A stretch of DNA of 64,000 nucleotides, from the NCBI GenBank assembly GCA_964504115.1, contig CAZDCX010000003.1, positions 14,796-78,795 of the forward strand. Reading direction: 5' to 3'. Under the pieces are notes generated by a model, which worked only from the letters and a program-made list of their open reading frames with translations, was not told the DNA's origin and ran no database searches. Positions 59,694-64,000 of this stretch are shown here, piece by piece; the first letter of the stretch is position 1, and every line of letters begins with the position of its first letter. A program made the translations under genes and the position numbers. The stretch is from an uncultured Cryptobacterium sp. (lineage in GTDB: Bacteria; Actinomycetota; Coriobacteriia; Coriobacteriales; Eggerthellaceae).

Positions 59694-61841
59694 CTATTGA
59701 CGCCGGCCGCCCCCGTACGTACTCTTTCGCGCACCAAAAGCGCTACCCTTACGTGCGGTCTTTTTAAGATCGCCCAGAATATCCTCTTCGCTTCTGCCTT
59801 CCAGCTGCCCGCGCAAACGAACAATTTGATCGCGCACCTGAGCGGCACGCTCATAATCCATCGAGGTTGACGCTTCCAGCATCTCATCTTCCAAAGAGGC
59901 AATAACGCGTAAGAGTTCGCTGCGTGAGTATCCAGCAAGCTCGGCATTCACTTCTTGGGCGCTGCGTTTTCCCTCATCATTATCGAGAAAATCATTGAGA
60001 TCGTTGATGCCTTTGCGAATCGTTTCAGGCGTTATACCATGCTCCTTGTTGTAAGCCATTTGAATAGCACGGCGGCGGCGCGTCTCGCTAATAGCACGCT
60101 CCATCGAATCGGTAACTTTATCGGCATACATGATAACGGTGCCTTCAGCGTTACGTGCGGCGCGGCCAATAGTCTGGATGAGCGAGCGGTGGTTGCGCAA
60201 AAAACCTTCCTTGTCAGCATCCAAAATGGCCACCAAAGATACCTCAGGTAAATCGAGACCCTCGCGCAGCAAATTAATACCCACTAACACATCAAACTCA
60301 CCCTTGCGCAGATCACGCAGAATATCAACGCGATCCAAAGTCCCGATATCTGAATGCATATAACGGGCACGTACGCCTTGATCGAGTAAGTGATCGGTTA
60401 AATCTTCAGCCATGCGCTTGGTGAGTGTCGTAATCAAGGTGCGCTCATTGCGCTGAGCACGAATTTTTACCTCATCTATTACATCATCAATCTGCGACAT
60501 GATAGGGCGAACATCCACATCGGGATCAAGCAAACCAGTAGGGCGGATGATCTGCTCAACGCGCGCCTCGCTTACCCGCTCCTCATAATCGCCCGGAGTG
60601 GCCGAAACGTATACAAACTGAGGAATCCGAGCTTCGAATTCGTCAAAACGCAAGGGACGATTGTCCAAGCATGAAGGAAGGCGAAACCCGTGCTCGGCCA
60701 AGGTAATTTTGCGGGAGCGGTCGCCTTCATGCATGGCACGAATCTGCGGCACGGTTACATGGCTCTCATCAATGAAACACAAAAAATCAGTTGGGAAATA
60801 ATCAATCAGGGTGTACGGGGGCTCGCCTGGCTGTCGCCCATCAAGGTGACGCGAATAATTCTCGATGCCCGAGCAAAAGCCCATAGTCTCAATCATCTCA
60901 AGATCATACGAGGTACGCATTTCAAGCCGCTGCGCTTCGAGCAACTTACCTTCTTGCTTAAACTCCGCTAAACGATGCTGGAGCTCATCGCGAATAGTAT
61001 CTAACGCATGTTCAATGGCAGGGCGCGTCGCTACATAGTGAGAGGCAGGCCATATAGGCAACGCTTCAAACGAATTGAGCTCTTCACCCGTAACGTGGTT
61101 GATCTCGCAAATCTCTTCGATCTCATCGCCCCACAGTTCAACTCGAATAGGATTGTCAGCATAAGGTGGGAAGATGTCAATCGAATCACCCCGCACGCGG
61201 AAGGTACCTCGTTTGAGTTCGTAATCGTTGCGATCGTACTGGATATCAATAAGGCGATGAATAAGATCATCGCGATCTTGCTCAACCTCTTTATCTAAAA
61301 AGACCGCCATCCCCGCGTATTCCATAGGAGAGCCGATGCCGTACAGGCATGAAACAGATGCCACCACAATAACATCGCGCCGCGAGAGCAGAGCTGAGGT
61401 TGCTGCATGGCGCAGCTTTTCCACCTCTTCATTGATGGAAGCATCCTTATCGATAAAGGTATCGGTTGTAGGAATATAGGCCTCAGGCTGGTAGTAATCA
61501 TAGTAGGACACAAAATACACCACAGCGTTATGAGGAAAGAACTCACGCAATTCAACCGCTAGCTGAGCAGCCAAAGTTTTATTGGGGGCCAGGACGAGAG
61601 TAGGCTTTTGAACCGCTTCTATCACCTTGGCCATGGTATAGGTTTTGCCCGAGCCGGTAACACCAAGCAGGGTTTCGTAGCGCATGCCCGCTTCAATGTT
61701 GTGGGTAAGCTCATCTATGGCCTTTGGCTGATCGCCCGCTGGCTCAAAGGGAGAAACAACTTCAAAGGGTTGTTGGGCAAGACGCGCTAGCGGTAGTTTG
61801 CCCTCCATAACATGCCCCTCTAAGCTAGAAAGATGGCTCAT
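59694..61841 (-). CDS. uvrB: Excinuclease ABC subunit B
   Basis: [48 protein letters not shown]. Start 61841 or 61808. Confidence 0.98.
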   Translation of the reverse strand: MSHLSSLEGHVMEGKLPLARLAQQPFEVVSPFEPAGDQPKAIDELTHNIEAGMRYETLLGVTGSGKTYTMAKVIEAVQKPTLVLAPNKTLAAQLAVELREFFPHNAVVYFVSYYDYYQPEAYIPTTDTFIDKDASINEEVEKLRHAATSALLSRRDVIVVASVSCLYGIGSPMEYAGMAVFLDKEVEQDRDDLIHRLIDIQYDRNDYELKRGTFRVRGDSIDIFPPYADNPIRVELWGDEIEEICEINHVTGEELNSFEALPIWPASHYVATRPAIEHALDTIRDELQHRLAEFKQEGKLLEAQRLEMRTSYDLEMIETMGFCSGIENYSRHLDGRQPGEPPYTLIDYFPTDFLCFIDESHVTVPQIRAMHEGDRSRKITLAEHGFRLPSCLDNRPLRFDEFEARIPQFVYVSATPGDYEERVSEARVEQIIRPTGLLDPDVDVRPIMSQIDDVIDEVKIRAQRNERTLITTLTKRMAEDLTDHLLDQGVRARYMHSDIGTLDRVDILRDLRKGEFDVLVGINLLREGLDLPEVSLVAILDADKEGFLRNHRSLIQTIGRAARNAEGTVIMYADKVTDSMERAISETRRRRAIQMAYNKEHGITPETIRKGINDLNDFLDNDEGKRSAQEVNAELAGYSRSELLRVIASLEDEMLEASTSMDYERAAQVRDQIVRLRGQLEGRSEEDILGDLKKTARKGSAFGARKSTYGGGRRQ

Positions 61842-62043
61842 GCCAACCCCTCCCCTGTAGAATGTAAACGCTTGTGTATGCCGCTATGCTTTTACCTGCC
61901 TTGGCGCAGGACTATGCTCGTGTTTGCGAAACCGTGCCGCTTGACTCACGAGCAGTTTAATGGCCCTCAGCCTGCTCTAGACGCTCTTTAACCATGCTCT
62001 AAGGCCGCAATGCCTTGAGACACGGGATTACCCCCTACTATAG

Positions 62044-62643
62044 CTAAAGACGAGGCTCAAGATATGAGTGCCACCATGATTCCAATTCCTGCTCAAACTC
62101 CTCAACGGTTCCATCGTTAGTAAACACAACATCGGCAATAGCCAATCGCTGCTCTTCTGGAACTTGCCGTGCCAGGCGATTGCGAGCGTCTTCCTCCGTA
62201 AAACCACGCGACTCCATTAAACGCTGTATACGCACGGCCGGAGAGGTAGTAACAGCAATTACTAAATCTGCGTTGCGATAAAAATCATCGCGCCCATCGA
62301 GAATGGCCATTTCCATAACAACCACGGTGTGGGTGCGGCCTGCCTGCGCAACTGCCTCCAAACACCCTGCGTACAAGCGGGGCTGCGTGATAGCATCCAT
62401 TCGCGCGGTAGCTTCAGGCGTTGCAAAGGCACGTGCAGCCAATTCACCGCGAATAATCTCGCCTTCGCTATCAAGAATGCCTTTGCCAAAAGCAGCAACG
62501 AGCTCGGCCTTGCAATCGGGCTTTTTGAGGTTGGCATGACCCACCTCATCGGCATAAACCAAGGCTGCGCCCTTGCTTTCGAAAAAGCGCATCAACGTTG
62601 ATTTACCTGAACCAATGCCACCCGTTACGTAAATTGCAATCAT
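62044..62643 (-). CDS. coaE: Dephospho-CoA kinase
   Basis: VTGGIGSGKST, ADEVGH, IRGELAARAF, RLMESRG, RLARQ. Confidence 0.95.
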   Translation of the reverse strand: MIAIYVTGGIGSGKSTLMRFFESKGAALVYADEVGHANLKKPDCKAELVAAFGKGILDSEGEIIRGELAARAFATPEATARMDAITQPRLYAGCLEAVAQAGRTHTVVVMEMAILDGRDDFYRNADLVIAVTTSPAVRIQRLMESRGFTEEDARNRLARQVPEEQRLAIADVVFTNDGTVEEFEQELESWWHSYLEPRL

Positions 62644-62785
62644 AAAAACTCCCTTTTAGACGCCAAGCACCCTGTAGGCAAACCGCTCTGCTATCAACAT
62701 TGCTCCCAGCTCCCACAAAGAGGCCACAGGGAGCGCAACGACTTTCCTTGCTACAAACAACAAAGCCCCGCCGTGCATCCCATGT

Positions 62786-62821
62786 AAAAAACGGCGGAAC
62801 CTTTCTCGGTCCCGCCGTTTT
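62786..62821 (-). terminator. Intrinsic terminator after rpsA
   Basis: AAAAAACGGCGGAAC...GTCCCGCCGTTTT hairpin with a U tail on the minus strand. Confidence 0.85.
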
Positions 62822-62871
62822 GATGATCTCTCACGAACTATGCAACAAGCACATTCGCGTGCAGTTAATAG

Positions 62872-64000
62872 TTACTCAGCTTCCTTTGGCTCGGGCTCAG
62901 CAACTGCGATCTCGATGCCCAGCTCTTCAGCAGCAGCCTTCATGGACAAGGAAATGCGACGACGCTCGACGTTAACATCCATAACCTTTACATGAACGGT
63001 ATCACCAACATGAACAACCTGTGCCGGTGAATCAATGTGCTTGTGAGCCATCTCGGAAATGTGAACCAGACCCTCAACGTTAGCGCCCAACTCAATGAAG
63101 GCACCAAAGGGAACGATCTTGGTAACCTTACCCTCGACTACCGTGCCAACTGGGTAGGTTTCAACCAGCTTGGTCCAAGGATCCTCGGTGGTTTGCTTCA
63201 AGCCCAAGGAAATGCGCTCACGCTGCAAGTCGACGTCGAGAACCTCAACCTCAACCTCTTCGCCAACCTTAACAACCTCAGATGGATGGTTAACATGGCT
63301 CCAGGAGAGCTCGGAAATATGGATCAAACCATCAATGCCGCCCAAGTCGACAAAAGCGCCAAAGTCAACGATGGAGGAAACAGTGCCCTTCAGGCGCATG
63401 CCCTTAGAGAGCTTCTCAAGGATCTCAGCACGCTCATGCTTGCGGCCTTCCTCAAGCAGAACACGACGAGAAAGAACAACATTGTTGCGATTACGATCCA
63501 TCTCGATAACGCGAGCCTCGATCTCGGTGCCCAGATAAGCAGAAAGATCCTTAACGCGACGAAGATCAACCAAAGAAGCAGGAAGGAAGCCGCGCAAGCC
63601 GATGTCAAGAATCAAGCCGCCCTTAACAACCTCAATGACTTCGCCGGTAACCACTTCGCCAGCCTTGAATTTATCTTCCACCTGAATCCAAGCGCGTTCA
63701 TACTCAGCACGCTTCTTGGACAGAATGAGACGACCATCTTTGTCTTCTTTTTGAAGAACAAGAGCTTCAAGCTTGTCACCTAAGTTAACAACCTCGGAAG
63801 GATCGGCATCCTTGCGAATAGAAAGCTCGCGAGCCGGAATAACGCCTTCACTCTTGAAGCCAATGTCAACGAGAACTTCGTCATGCTCGATCTTTACGAC
63901 GGTGCCGTCGATCAGATCGCCCTCGTCGAAGTCGGTCAAGGTGCCATCGATCATCTGGTTCATTTCGTCATCAGAAATATCCTGAAAATCGATAACGGAC
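62872..64000 (-). CDS. rpsA: 30S ribosomal protein S1 (four S1 domains); start lies beyond the right edge
   Basis: DIGFKSEGVIP, RGFLPASLVD, FGAFVDLGGIDGLIHISELSW, EGLVHISEM. Frame stays open upstream of 63963 (SVIDFQDISDDEM) to the window end. Confidence 0.97.
   Translation of the reverse strand, partial: SVIDFQDISDDEMNQMIDGTLTDFDEGDLIDGTVVKIEHDEVLVDIGFKSEGVIPARELSIRKDADPSEVVNLGDKLEALVLQKEDKDGRLILSKKRAEYERAWIQVEDKFKAGEVVTGEVIEVVKGGLILDIGLRGFLPASLVDLRRVKDLSAYLGTEIEARVIEMDRNRNNVVLSRRVLLEEGRKHERAEILEKLSKGMRLKGTVSSIVDFGAFVDLGGIDGLIHISELSWSHVNHPSEVVKVGEEVEVEVLDVDLQRERISLGLKQTTEDPWTKLVETYPVGTVVEGKVTKIVPFGAFIELGANVEGLVHISEMAHKHIDSPAQVVHVGDTVHVKVMDVNVERRRISLSMKAAAEELGIEIAVAEPEPKEAE

Noticed and set aside
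61842-62043. SOS box upstream of uvrB
   Set aside because: No GAAC-N4-GTTC-like match found by eye.

Overview
This 64 kb window is bacterial chromosome, roughly 50% GC by eye. Gene content and order (uvrC-rapZ-yvcK-whiA-gap-pgk-tpiA, four-domain S1, CwlM-like protein, RecJ-helicase fusion, dapL) suggest Actinomycetota, class Coriobacteriia (Eggerthellaceae-like); that placement is inference. Most of it is core housekeeping: a large CoA-enzyme activase with a TetR regulator, DUF711, ybaK, coaBC, asd/lysC, relA, recJ-helicase, pth-prs-glmU, prenyltransferase, ppx, ftsB, yebC, glycolysis genes, uvrB/C, coaE, rpsA and three tRNAs. A more patchwork stretch (about 40-59 kb) carries helD, a preQ1-riboswitch-controlled queDECF operon, dapL, a three-gene Shango-type module (TerB-N/C protein, DUF2791 ATPase, Lhr-type helicase) and a divergent bile salt hydrolase. 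The most notable observation is that the 113-bp gap between the Shango-type operon and bsh holds two Gram-positive-type LexA (SOS) boxes overlapping both predicted divergent promoters, which suggests a DNA-damage-inducible Shango/BSH unit. Second is an unannotated 21-codon ORF whose stop codon sits inside a terminator stem upstream of yebC. I saw no integrase, transposase, prophage or CRISPR array. All calls rest on motif recognition by eye; no searches were run.
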